Of a stretch of DNA of 64,000 nucleotides, positions 26,201-54,800 are shown in pieces. Each line of letters starts with the position of its first letter. The first letter of the stretch is position 1. Source of the DNA: Phoronis australis (lineage: Eukaryota; Animalia; Phoronida); contig NMRA01000239.1 of assembly GCA_002633005.1 (NCBI GenBank), positions 334,288 through 398,287 of the forward strand. The letters run 5' to 3'. The notes below the pieces were generated by a model. The model was not told the DNA's origin and searched no databases. It saw only the letters and a program-made list of their open reading frames with translations. Position numbers and translations under genes: made by a program.

Positions 26201-27335
26201 CCAACCGAGACTCAAACCGGATGGGACAGAATTCTTTTCAGACTTATATTCATTAGGTCACGTGATGTGGCACCAGGTGGCACACTGACCAGTCTTAAGA
26301 AATATTTGAGGTATACTGGATTATTGTGTGAAGTAGGTTAAGTACTGGTATTTTTTATTTTACAGTCAAAAGGTATGGCTCCAGATGCTTTCTACTGTTT
26401 TGAGTTCCTTGAACAGTGTGGCGTATGCGTGGTCCCTGGCAGTGGCTTTGCTCAGGCGCCAGACACATACCATTTCAGGTAGGTTGTTTGAATAACTATG
26501 TATTGTCATAATTATTGTGAATACAGTGATAATTTTGTGTCTAGGTAGTTTTCATAAACTTTGACGAATTGCGTTGAAAATTGTGAAAAAAAAATCGGTT
26601 TTGGAAGAAAATTTACTGCAAATCATCTTAAAATTAAGCGAAAATTATCCTAGTGTTGGGGAATGAGGAAAGTTTCTTTAAATAGCGATTTTATGTTGAA
26701 ACTAAGATGCATTTAAAAAGAGGGGTTCTCAGCAAGTCTTGTCAGCTGTCTTTAATGAGTGCGCTGTGCAGACTACCAAGTCTCTTGACCATTTCCCATG
26801 AAGTGGCGAATGGGTTTCTATCACGGACATGACAACACACCATTTTCAGATGAATTCTGTGTATCCTACGCCCCCTAGTGGCCAGTTCGGGTCTGGTTTT
26901 TGTTATCCCTATGTGTTCCAAGTCAGGAGAGTTCGCATGCCATTGACTTGGAGTGCATTTTGCATTGCTCTTGTTATTCGTCAATTCCTGAAACCTTTCA
27001 AAATTGTTGCCAGCATAATGCTCAAAGTTAATATCTCTGACATTCTCTCCCGCATACTCTTTGGAAAATTTAATTTGCATACATACTGAAGATGAAAAAA
27101 GATACTGACGTGCGGTTTGTATGCTTGGACCAAACTTGTAGTGAATATGACCATTTGTAATGTTGCGCATGATTACTGATATTTCACTCAAGTAAGTGCA
27201 TTGTGCTTCTTAAAGCGAGTGTAATACGATATTTTTATCTCCAGGATGACCATCCTTCCTCCTACAGAGAAAATAGAAATCGTTCTGAACAAGTTCAAAG
27301 ATTTCCACCAAAACTTTGTAGCCAAGTGGAAATGA
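17005..27335 (+). CDS. GPT: Alanine aminotransferase copy A, 12 coding exons, 509 aa, probable N-terminal mitochondrial transit peptide
   Basis: Exons 17005-17205, 19485-19574, 20070-20181, 20638-20768, 21146-21262, 21978-22107, 22741-22820, 23202-23335, 24187-24361, 25620-25775, 26366-26478, 27245-27335 are all GT-AG and phase-compatible and sum to 1530 nt. Motifs [46 protein letters not shown] (PLP lysine), QGAMY, VPGSGF, HFRMTILP. Confidence 0.97.
19485..19574 (+). CDS. GPT: ALT-A exon 2 (GVKKPF...[12 protein letters not shown])
   Basis: ctccag|GGA...CAG|gtgagt. Confidence 0.95.
20070..20181 (+). CDS. GPT: ALT-A exon 3
   Basis: tgtag|GTA...TTGG|gtaagt; PEDAKLRA motif. Confidence 0.95.
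20638..20768 (+). CDS. GPT: ALT-A exon 4 (GAYS...TGASQAIK)
   Basis: aaag|GT acceptor, AAG|gttggt donor; RDG and TGAS motifs. Confidence 0.93.
21146..21262 (+). CDS. GPT: ALT-A exon 5 ([14 protein letters not shown])
   Basis: ttcag|AAC...CAG|gtgagt. Confidence 0.96.
21978..22107 (+). CDS. GPT: ALT-A exon 6 (INPGNPT)
   Basis: tttag|ATT...ACAG|gtaacc. Confidence 0.96.
22741..22820 (+). CDS. GPT: ALT-A exon 7 (GQVL...LADE)
   Basis: ttttag|GT...GAA|gtgagt. Confidence 0.95.
23202..23335 (+). CDS. GPT: ALT-A exon 8 (VYQDN...[11 protein letters not shown] lysine)
   Basis: tttag|GTG...GGGA|gtaggt. Confidence 0.96.
24187..24361 (+). CDS. GPT: ALT-A exon 9 (ECGARGGY...LCPSVWGQ)
   Basis: catag|G...AAG|gtaatg. 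Confidence 0.96.
25620..25775 (+). CDS. GPT: ALT-A exon 10 (QGAMYAFP)
   Basis: gtcag|GAA...AAG|gtattt. Confidence 0.96.
26111..26316. mobile_element. Near-perfect foldback (palindromic MITE) in ALT-A intron 10
   Basis: aagactggtcagtgtgccacctggtgccacatcacgtga... pairs with ...tcacgtgatgtggcaccaggtggcacactgaccagtctt; arms ~80-95 bp, ~10-nt loop. Confidence 0.9.
26366..26478 (+). CDS. GPT: ALT-A exon 11 ([13 protein letters not shown])
   Basis: tacag|TCA...TTCAG|gtaggt. Confidence 0.96.
27245..27335 (+). CDS. GPT: ALT-A exon 12 (RMTILP...KWK*)
   Basis: ccag|G ATG ACC...AAA TGA. Confidence 0.95.
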
Positions 27336-27653
27336 GACACCACAGTGCGGCAGACGTGCCTTTCATGTGCCAGATATTATATACCTAAACCTTTGAATAT
27401 TTACACCTAGATACCTGAGTGGGCATCTGACTTTTCATTACGTGAATGCATATACAGAGTTCGGTTTGTATTTGCTTGTCTGTGTGTGACATAGTCATAG
27501 GAGGGAATGCTTATTTATTCAGATGTGTAACGTAGGCATTAAGATGCCTATAATCAAAACTCTCATTGGACTTGGTCTTATATCGTGTTGTGGGAGGGGT
27601 TGATGCTTCTAAAGTTTATAATGTGGATGTTTGTCAAAAACGAGTTTGTCTGG

Positions 27654-27659
27654 AATAAA
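27654..27659 (+). terminator. Putative polyadenylation signal of ALT-A
   Basis: AATAAA ~320 nt after the stop; homologous AATAAA retained in copy B at ~50448. Confidence 0.55.
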
Positions 27660-28059
27660 ACAAGTATGGGCCTATTTCTGTTGTTCCTTTTTTGAGTGCA
27701 TGTCCTTACACGGGTATGCCGTATGTTATTCAGCGTAAGGGGTGTGTCTGCATTTGACGCTTGCGGTAACTTCTTTCATTTGGATTGTTCCCCACGTTAG
27801 CACAAAGCGGGGGACACAGTGCAGTAAAACTGGCCTAAGTCGAACATGCATTAGTCGATTTTTCGCTGAACCCAAACTGTTGAAATTCATGCACTTGTCC
27901 ATTCGGTTAAGTCGGTATTTTGCCCGAGTTGGATGAATCTCTTGTCTGATTATGCAAGTTTTTACTGTAGTTACGACCGTTCGTACCAACGTCTTTATGC
28001 ATCTGGTGTTGAAGACCATTTCTAATGTGATAAGACCGATTTTATCACAAAGTTGGTTT

Positions 28060-31000
28060 TTGACAAAAGGAGCGGGTTTATTGCTCCTTTGAAATGCAAA
28101 AGGTGTTGGAGGACAGAATTGATGACATGGAGAATAGATACAGACGTGACAAAATGATTTTTCACGGTATAAGTGAATCGCAGAATTTCGAACCTTGATA
28201 ACAATCAGAAACTAAAGTTATTGATTTCCTGAAGGATCAATATTAGATAGAAAATGTAACCATCGCACGCGCGCATAGAATCAGCCGCAAGGTCTCGGGC
28301 AACATCTGCCACTTATCGCTAAGATGTCCTTTTACAGTGACAAACGGCGTATCGTGGAAGCAAGGAAAAACAAACCAAGACATCCAGAAAAAATCGTCAC
28401 TGAAGATTTTTGTAAACGCGTGAAGAAGCAGAGTCGTTGTACGATTATGCACAAACAAAAAAGATCCCAAGCCATCTAAAATCGTGTACAAAAAACTAGT
28501 ATGGAATTGAAAAACAGGCTACATGTATGATGTAACATCGGATATAGCGTATGAGGTCTCGTCTAGAGCGGTTAGGCCATGGCTCGCTGAACTCAAATTG
28601 GAATACTATCGAGTCAAACAAATTGAGGATCACAGCGTGGAACGCTCAAGGACTTCGTAATAAACTTAATGATCCATTTACTTTAATTTTGTTAAATACT
28701 AAAAAGTATTAAACAAAATTTGATGTAGGTCTTCATGAAACGTGGGTAAATAATGAAAACCAGTTTTGTGATGTGCTTTCTGGGTACAAATCATTTAGCC
28801 TCTGTATTATGGAAAAAGGAGTAAATATGGTAGAAATCCTGGCGGAGTTACTTTTTTGTTCAGAGTACTATCATTTTTATGTTAAATGAGTTGAACACAA
28901 GTTTGACTTTGGAATCACTCTGCTTTGTGACAAATTGCTGTTTGCCTCTGATAACGACGTGCCACTTTGTTTTGTTAAAATTCCGCCACATGGCTAAAGT
29001 ATCTAAGGTAATCGTTTCAATACTGATAAGTCATTTGTAATTGCAGGAGATTTAAACTCGTAAATTGGGACAATAACCGATTATATTGTTAACTATTCTG
29101 CTGATTGTATAACTAACGCATGGTACGAACCAGATTGGTTTAGTTGCGCAAGAGCTAGTGAAGATTCGATAAATAACGAGTTTGGTAAATCATTCATTGA
29201 TCTCTGTGGTGAATTTAATTTACACTGAACACATAGCAGGTTCCCGAGTGACATGGCAAGGGAATTCACATGTTACACCCCGCCGGGGATGCAGTGGAGT
29301 CGATTATGTGTTTATTTATACTGACCTATTTACAAATTATTGTAGATCCCTGGGATGAATTGGACCACCTGCCGAAAATCTCTTCTTTTGGTATTTGTCC
29401 CGAAGTAGCCGGTTCGACACTGACGGGTGATTGTCTTGTGGCCACCAGGGGGAGCAGTTATAGTCGGGTAGTTTGGAAATCGCAGCATTGATGGGGTTTC
29501 TTAGATCTTATGCACAATCCGTTTGATAGTATCAATAGCCATTTATCTAATAATGCAATTGAAACTGCTATTCATAAGGTAACATGTCAAGTGCTGCCAA
29601 TAGGGTTAAGAAACCCAAATCGAATTACACTAATGGCGTATCAAAGCACCCTGCCTGCATGATGGGACTTCGAATTAATAGAAAAATCAAAAGTTCAGCG
29701 ACAGCAAGTCCTTTGAAGACTCAGTTAAAATAGGACAACAGAAAACTAGAATACTTAAACTATGTTGTTCAGATTTTAAAATATGTTTAAAAAAATTAAA
29801 TATTCATAAGAAACGGAATAGTTTTTTTATAGTTTTTTGTGGTACACACTCCCAAAAACAGAGGTGCACGGCAAAAATTGAGTGTGCTAAAAACAATGTA
29901 CAACCGAGCTCCTATGTTAGTCTAAGGGCTACCTGAGTTTTTTAAAAACAGCCATAGTACCAGACAAGGGTGCATGCTAAGCCACTGTGGCATTTTTGCG
30001 AATAATGATATTCCAAAAATAAATGTGTTCTTATATGCAGATGACCTAATGGAGTGTGCGTTGTTCGCTAGGAAATTACAACAAAAAATACTGTCCTACA
30101 TAAATATTGTTTGAATAGGGCATGGCAATTAATCTTGCCAAAACAAAAATTTAGAAAGGTTGCCCCTTCGTGGTTATGAAAAATGGTTTTATTATAACCA
30201 CGAAATTGATGAATGCTACAAATATCTGAGCTATACTGAGCTATAATGCTGTTATCTGGACTTTTAAAATGTATAAATATATATAGAGGTTCACTTGGAC
30301 TCCGGTAAACGGATTTTAGGTGTTGGTAGCAGTTCAACGACCCCGCGGCTGTCCTTGGTGAGTGTGGTAGATTTCCCTTGTTCGTCAAACGTCGTGCAGA
30401 ATGTATAAAATATTGGTGAAATCTAGTCAAGTTACCTGATGTAGAAATTTGCAAAATTGTGTACAACATGTCTTTTGAATTGGGTGGTGGTGATGTAGTT
30501 ACATGGGTGTCAGAAATTGGAGTACTACTGTTTCGTTATGGTTTTGGAATGGAGTGGTTCCAACAAAGTGCTGGTTGTAACAATTTTTTTTTATAGTTTT
30601 TGAGGAATGACTAAACGGCTGTTATTTTATTAAGTGTGGAAGTCGGAGATTGGTAGTAGTACAAAGCTTGATACATACTCTGTCATCAAATTAGATTTTG
30701 GTTTTGAACGTTATTTAGCGTTGAATTTGCCATCTGCATTTAGTCGTGCTATGACACGACTCAGTACTAATATCAAATAATAAATTAGTTATTGAGCCTG
30801 AGCAACACATTCATATAGACTGAAAGTTTAAGTTTTGCCCATTTTTACTGAAAAATATAGAAGACGAGTTACATTTTATGTGTATTTGCACATTGTATTG
30901 GAGTCTAAGGAATGTATTTATCGCACCGGAATTCAGACGTATCCCGAACGTCTGTAAATTTAAAAGGTTATTAACAAGCTGCGATGAAACTGTACAAGCT

Positions 31001-31215
31001 CAATTAATTAAATTTGTTTGTTATGCTTCTGCTCTGAGAGAGGAAGCTGTAGGTTCGTCTAATCATTGATAAACTACTATTTCTTGTTTTGATCTTGTGA
31101 TGAATATGTACCTGGTTACGTTCACTTTTTTATGTATATCTCGCGACTTAAATAGATTTTCGCATACTTCTTGTACTATGGACCAATGGTCTGGAAGCAT
31201 ATACAATAAAGACAC
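28060..31215 (+). mobile_element. Decayed CR1/L2-group LINE (ORF1 + APE endonuclease + RT remnants)
   Basis: Frame-shifted fragments: IFHGISE...IARAHRI (ORF1), WNAQGL, HETW, AGDLN, GEFTC..VDY, DHLP (APE), LYADDL at 30031-30048 (RT); AATAAA near 31205. Confidence 0.85.
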
Positions 31216-31862
31216 TATATATAGGAGTTCACACAAAAGTGGAATAGAAAATGCCCCAAAAAGTTCGAGCTCGATTTCAAGTAAAAAGATTAGACTCCGG
31301 ACCCTGGACTTAGCATCTCAAACGTTCCTTTCCACAGGGTGTACAAATCCTGGAATATGTACAGTAAACTAGGCCGTAGACTTCAAAAATTTGCACAGTC
31401 TATTGAAACTGCCAACGTCAATTTTCCATATTTTACGACGGGCAAAATCCAGGCTAATACTCTGCCCTGGTCCCCCTCTAACTCAAAATCCTGGATCCGC
31501 CCCTGGGTAGGTTAATTGCCAACCAACAACACACATTGTGTCCGTTTCAACAAAATATAGTCATCTACTCACAGTATACCCGTTATTTAGTACATGGGGT
31601 GTTAGCCACACGTTCACTTCACAAGCACACTGCAACGATATACCCATGTACACACCGTATGCCCGTTATTTAGTTGATGGGATGGGATCCAGATTTTCCG
31701 ATATCAACTTAAAGGTGCTCATTTCAAAACCAAGAATGTGGGGATGGGTTCACTTTCCCGCAATTATCGTCAGTTTCGATTGAAACGGAAAAATAAGCAG
31801 CATATGCAGGAATACTAACAAAATATTAAACTCCTTACATATGTGACAACTTCAGTATTAGG

Positions 31863-32130
31863 GTCTAAACTTTGAATGCATCGGATGCAAACGATGCACT
31901 CGCTAGGGGCGCTGTATCAACTAAATAACATGTAAGTTAGACGGCCAGAGTCTGAACTTTGAATGCTTCAGATGTAAACGATGCACTCGTTAGGGGTGCT
32001 GTATCAACTAAATAACGGTAGAGTAAAACGGCCAGAGTCTAAACTTTGAATGCATCGGATGCAAACGATGCACTCGCTAGGGGCGCTGTATCAACTAAAT
32101 AACATGTAAATAAGACGGCCAGAGTGTAAA
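31863..32130. repeat. Three-copy ~88-bp tandem minisatellite
   Basis: Unit gtctaaactttgaatgcatcggatgcaaacgatgcactcgctaggggcgctgtatcaactaaataac...acggccagag starts at ~31863, ~31950 and ~32037. Confidence 0.92.
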
Positions 32131-32586
32131 CATAAGTGATACAAGCAGAATTCAAGTAAATATTCATGCTCTCTGAGTCACAAATTAGATATTACAGTTC
32201 TTGGTGGGCGGTCTTTCCTACAGATGTCGTGTAACTCGCCTAAAGCGTAGGTCACGCTTGCCAGTTTATCAGACTTTGTAAGAAGTTAACAAATTTGGCT
32301 CCTAGCTTTTGAGGCGTGTCGAGAGTTACAGAGCAATATTATGTTTCATAACTGGATGGAAAAGTTGTTTTCAATATCTGTTAATAAGCCCATATCCGGC
32401 GAGTTTGGTATCCTTTTAACCGTTTCCCTTGTCCTAAAGTATCTGGAGTTAATTACCACCCCTCCCCCGACTTGCAGTGACGGGGGTGGGGACACGTACG
32501 CTGAGTTTCACTTTGGTTTCCCAGTAAGTCTGCATCTTGTTAACAGAGGTTTGCCGTCATTTGATCAGTGTTTAAATTTCAGCACT

Positions 32587-49278
<16,692 letters not shown>

Positions 49279-51788
49279 AAAACGCCACAGTACAGCTGAC
49301 GTGCCCTTTATGTTCCAGATACTATTTACTTGTACATTTGAATATTTAAACATGGGTATGTAGGTATCTGACCATTCAATAAATTAATGTATGCAAGGTG
49401 TTTTTTTGTATTTGGTTGCCCGCGCCACGCTTGACATTGACAGTTATTCCCTTCCGATAGTTACTCAAAGTTGGATGAAGTTCAGCAACGCCAGGACCTA
49501 CGCAAGGACCTTGCTAAAAAGCAAGACTTCGAAAGATTCCGTGTGATATTGTCGTGTCTTTCAAATGAGAACGCGTGAACACGATAGATTTTTCTAGTAG
49601 CAATAGAGCTATTAAACTTCACCCCGGTGATTGTTGCGCCAGATCTATGTGCGCCATCTGCTAGTGGCAACGTCATTGTGTGCTCATGAATGTGATATGC
49701 GATCTAGCTGTGTATTAGGGCTAATGGTGGGGACAATGCGAGTATTCAGTATGTTTCGTGAGAGGGTGCAGATACGCCCTAGTTTATAGCGGTCACCTCA
49801 GTACAGGTACGTCTAAGGAGCTGCTAAAAGCAGACGTGTTGTAGTCTCTCCGCTTTTCTTAAAGTGGAACTTGTACGCTATGATTGCCTGGTCAATTTAG
49901 TTAGCAACACAACAACGGAAGAAAGTTCGAAGGCCCCAAGCAAAGTTTACCCATTTTTCGCGTACCCAACCAGCGTTCTCGAAGTGCACTCTGCCTCTTA
50001 TGTTGCTGTTTTAGTTGATGTAAGCGTTCTTGCAATGTTATGAGAGGCCAAACATGGTTACTGACTAATTTCCCATCACAAAAGATGTCAAAGACGCATT
50101 GACAGTGAATGTTGCCGATTGTATTAAGGAAGTTTGGAGGTGTTGGTAGTATTTACTGGTGTCGATGTGAATAAATGCAGTTGGCGAACACGTGACGGTC
50201 GCCGATAACATGTGTGATGTACGTTATTCCCAGATAGGTGTGATTTGAGTTATTCCGGAAGTGAATGGTGGGCGACAATGTTGGATAACAGTTGTATACC
50301 TTTTCCTTTATTGTAGTATCGTGCCAATCGGTTGTTAAGAGTACAGGGATTAAGTTATAACCAAAATGCTAATTAGACTTGGTCCCGTATCGTGTTAGTG
50401 CTGTAAAGTTTAGGTTGAGGATGTTTGCCAAAAACAAGGTTGCCAAGAATAAAAGAGCGATGGGTCTATCTCAGATGGTTCCCCACGTTAACACAAAGCG
50501 GGGAGCATAGTACAGTAACGCTGGTAGGAGTCGGATATGCATAATTCATATTTTCGCTGAAGCCGGACAAAGTTCAAGTTTATGTACTTGTCATTTTTAT
50601 TAAGTCGGTATTTTGTCTGCGTTGGATGAATCTCTATAGTTTCGGTTACATCTGATTATGCCAGTTTTACTGTCCGTACGAACATCCTGGTGTTGAAGGG
50701 ATATCTCAAGAACGAAGCTCAACTTCCGTGCCAAGGTGTACATGTAGGTGGGGCAACTCCAGGCTCAATCGATTTGGATGACATTGACGTCATTTTCAAG
50801 GTCACATCGAGAAAATAAGTGTTCTTTTGGGAGAATGTTTGTGGTGGAGCATCTCAAGGAGAGAGTATCAGATTTTATTCATGTTTTGTACAGTGGGGTA
50901 TTTAAAGCAACGTTAGGCACGACGATTAGCAGCCGAGAATTAAAAACCTAAATCTGCATTTTCTCAGCCTTGAGCTGCCAAGAAGCGAGAAATGAATCGA
51001 ACACTTTAAGCTCATTAAGTCGATCTTGCTACGTACTCCTTGCCCTGATAGGTTTCGATTCCCATTTTCGAAAAGAAATCGAAACCATCAGCTATTCGAA
51101 AAACGCTTATCGAGTTTATTGGGTTGGCCAACCAGAAATTTCCGAAATCTAACATGGCTCATGTGCGCATTGCGTTGCTGGCTCTTCAGACTGAGCGGGG
51201 TAACGTTTTGGAATCCTAAAGCTTTTTAGTTAAGAATTTAAAGTGCATGTCAATTTATTCGTTAACACTATCACCCGAACCTTGCCATTTCCGTCGTGAG
51301 GTATTGGCTACCGGGACAAGCTGAGCAAATGAAGTGACTGCCGATCACCTTCCGTAGAAAGAGACAGTCGTGATCCCCGCAACATAAAGTTTTAAGTAGC
51401 TACTTCCTTCTGAAATATTCATAATCAACGATGCAACATGATGCATGAAATGTCTACTTTGCACACTTGAAATGACATAGAAACGGAAATAAAAGTCACA
51501 CTTTTTCTATTCTATTTTAGTCGTCAGGTTTTCACAAAACACAACAAAACAACTTGTCACCCATGAAAAATTATGTGCAGTTCGATTTAACAACCGCAAG
51601 AAAATCGAATGGCTTGTCTAAATCCAACAGACACGCACAGAACTTTCCTGAGTGTTCAATGTAGTAATACTGGTGAATGGTGGCAAAGCACAGCAGTAAC
51701 GGGACACGTTGAAAACGTGAGCTGTGGTCGCATTGTTCACAGCACAACACATGTGACATCCAGTCGCTGCGGCTCTTTGCTCGAGTTA

Positions 51789-51849
51789 CTAACATACAGT
51801 TTTATACTTTATTTTGTTAACGGTTCTGTACTCTACCCGGTGCTGAAAT
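51789..51849 (-). CDS. Terminal exon (R)[19 protein letters not shown]
   Basis: ttttgtgtttttcag acceptor; phase 2 matches the upstream exon; EMI-like Y-R/K spacing. Confidence 0.8.
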
Positions 51850-54800
51850 CTGAAAAACACAAAATAGTATATAAATCTACTAACTATTATTGACTACCGG
51901 GATTACACAGATCTGTCTGCCTGCAATGTTTTCTCTGGGAGCAGCAATTTCCATTGTAAACGTGACTTGCAATAAACGAAGAGAAGATACATCCCAGTTT
52001 TGCCCGTTTTAAACACAAAGTGAGGAAGACCGTCTGTAAAACTTAAGCGTTATGAAATTTCAACGTGTATTCGGACGTATTTGGAATTGATCTTAAAACT
52101 TCTAAACAGCCTTTGCGTAGAAACATCCGGACGGAAAACAATTGAATAACCATGAAAACGTTAGCTCGTCGATCACCGAGCGTCACACATGTAAACTCCT
52201 TATCAACGAGAATAAATGTGCGATGTGTTCGTGGTATTACCTGTACCGTGTGCACCTCTGCCAACCAAACCGTCCACAAGGTACGGTGTATCTAACCGGG
52301 ACCTTTTGACGGCGAGCTTCGCGAACGGGCTGAATGTAGGTCACCAGGCGACAGCTCCTGCAGAAGTATGAAAAAACGATTTTACAGACTTATTGATTCG
52401 CCTCTACCACTCTGCCAATAAAACATTATCTCGTTTACAGCTGGCACCTTTATGTAGAAAATACATTCATTCTGATACGTACTAGACTTAAATTTACCTG
52501 TGCTGACATCTGTAACCAGACGTGCCCGGCAGACAAGAACACTTGTTGCCGCCAATACAAACGCCACCATTCATGCACGATGGGCGACACGTGAGCAGTC
52601 GTCTGTTAGAGCACGTGCTTCCCCAATGGGTGGTTGGGCAGGTGCACGAGTTGCCGCGGTTACAGGTTCCACCATTCTCACAAGGTGGCGTGCACGTAGG
52701 CGAAGACGATAGAATCACTGAAAGCGGACACATTCAACCGTTGCTAATAATTGGTGGTTAGGAAACGCATTACTAGTACATGTACCTTCTTATTATCACC
52801 AAGCTGAAAGTCGAATCAGAAGAATACTTCTTTAATCATAAACCTGTATGTAAGTATATGTGGCCTAAGTCATTCATCTTTTAAATTGATAAAAAAATGA
52901 AATGTTCATTCATTACCACGTTCATTTTTTGGTGTTAAACCATCAAATTTTCAAATAAGAACTTAAAAGAGTCTAGTTAAAAATGTTTAGTTTGAGATAA
53001 ACTACGTTGTGTTCAAAAAGTATTATTTGGGAAATTATTTACCTAAACTGTTTTGCATTCATAATCTTTTCATAATGTTTTCCAAAAAAAGAAGCGAACG
53101 AATGTCTTGAAGATTCATAAAAATAAATATAAGGTTTTTTACTTCAAAAAGTATCTCTTTCGGGGCAGATGAAGAGAGATCAGGTCATGAAACTGCATAC
53201 TAATTATTTACACTAGTTTTCTGCACTTTGATTCGTGGATGGTTTTAGGACTCAGATTTTGAATCTATATTTACAACACAAGTCAACACTGGAACGTTAT
53301 GTGTAGGCAGAGTGTTAACCGGTGGTCATAAATGACGACAAACTGAAGAACAATTCTAAACAAAAGTTCTCTTACTTGACTTCGTTGTTATGTAGAATCT
53401 GTGCTGGCAACGTGGTCCAAAGTAACCCTTTGCACAATTACACATGTTGTTTCTAATACATGTGCCTCCATTCAAGCATTTAGCCGTGCACGTCGCTGGA
53501 AAAAACCGAAAAAGCAAGCATGTTACGTGAATGCGTTAGAACCATTCACTCTATTTATTTCCCTTCTGGGTTCCAAAATACATGCACACAATGAAGCAAA
53601 ATGGTAAGCCTAACATACTTACGAGTTTGACATCGTTCTCCTGTATACCCGTAGGAACAACGACATACGCCAGGTCCAATACATTTTCCGCCATTTAAAC
53701 AACCATTTTCGCATACAGCTGGAACGATATCAAATTGACAAGATTGTTTCGTTTCGGCAGATTTAGGTTTTCTTCAAAGACAATAAGCCTAAAACAGGTA
53801 ATACAATTTGATTTTTAGATATGGCGGTTGACGATAAAATGATAACGAAACATGTCATCTAGTACATGTCTGAGTACAAACATAGATACAATGAACTCCA
53901 AAACATCTGTTGGTTTCTGCAATTCCATTCATTGGTACATTAACAGAACATGTGCCTGCAATAAATTTCAGAAGAGAAAAACATGAAATATTGAAAGTCG
54001 TACGTTAATGTTGCTTTCACTTTGTAGCAGGAGTTAGGGCATTTATTGCAACAAAAATGTTATCCCTGAAAGCAAAAATTAACGTGTAAAACCTCATTTT
54101 GGACTTAAAACCTAACCTGTCTTAGACTGGGTCTAGTGACAACGTCTTTTTAGTAAAATTTGGCGAAATGGTAAGGTACACTCGTAGCAAAAGAATGGTG
54201 TCAATAACGACCGATTGTCTTTAATATCAGTTTTCAAAGTGAATTATCAAAACTTCTGTCAAATGTATGGACTCTGTGGAATTCTGTGTAAATATCTATT
54301 TTCGTTTGTTTGATGTAGATATTTTCATAGGTTGAGATTTGTCCGAACGGAAAGTGAAGGCATATACTCATGTGTAAGGTGCCAGTCTGTAACTAGGATA
54401 GAGTTCAGGAACCCTAGGACCTCGCTAAAATCTAGCCAAATTCACGTGCTCTCATTTAAAATACACGTCAATATCTCACGTAATCTCGCGAGGACTTGCT
54501 TTTTTAGCCAGGTCCTAGCGTTACTGAACTCTACCCAGGTCACTTTTCCGGCAGACTATGTACCATCATACTCTGTAAGTTCCGAATTTTCACTGCCTGT
54601 TACTTAAATTCATTCACGACTCGCTGGCTTAGTATTGGCATTCACTGTTTGGCTCATGCTTGCGATCGTTACTTAGCTTTGAAACATGGCGTACATGTAC
54701 ACTTGATTCGGTTACCTTTTGTACAGTCAGGTCCCGTGTAGCCTCTTCTGCAACTGCATACATTCCATTCCAAGCAGGTGCCGCCATTTTTACACGGCGG

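Noticed and set aside
31863-32130. Repeat array as a possible CRISPR
   Set aside because: Whole units repeat without unique spacers, there are no cas genes, and the context is eukaryotic
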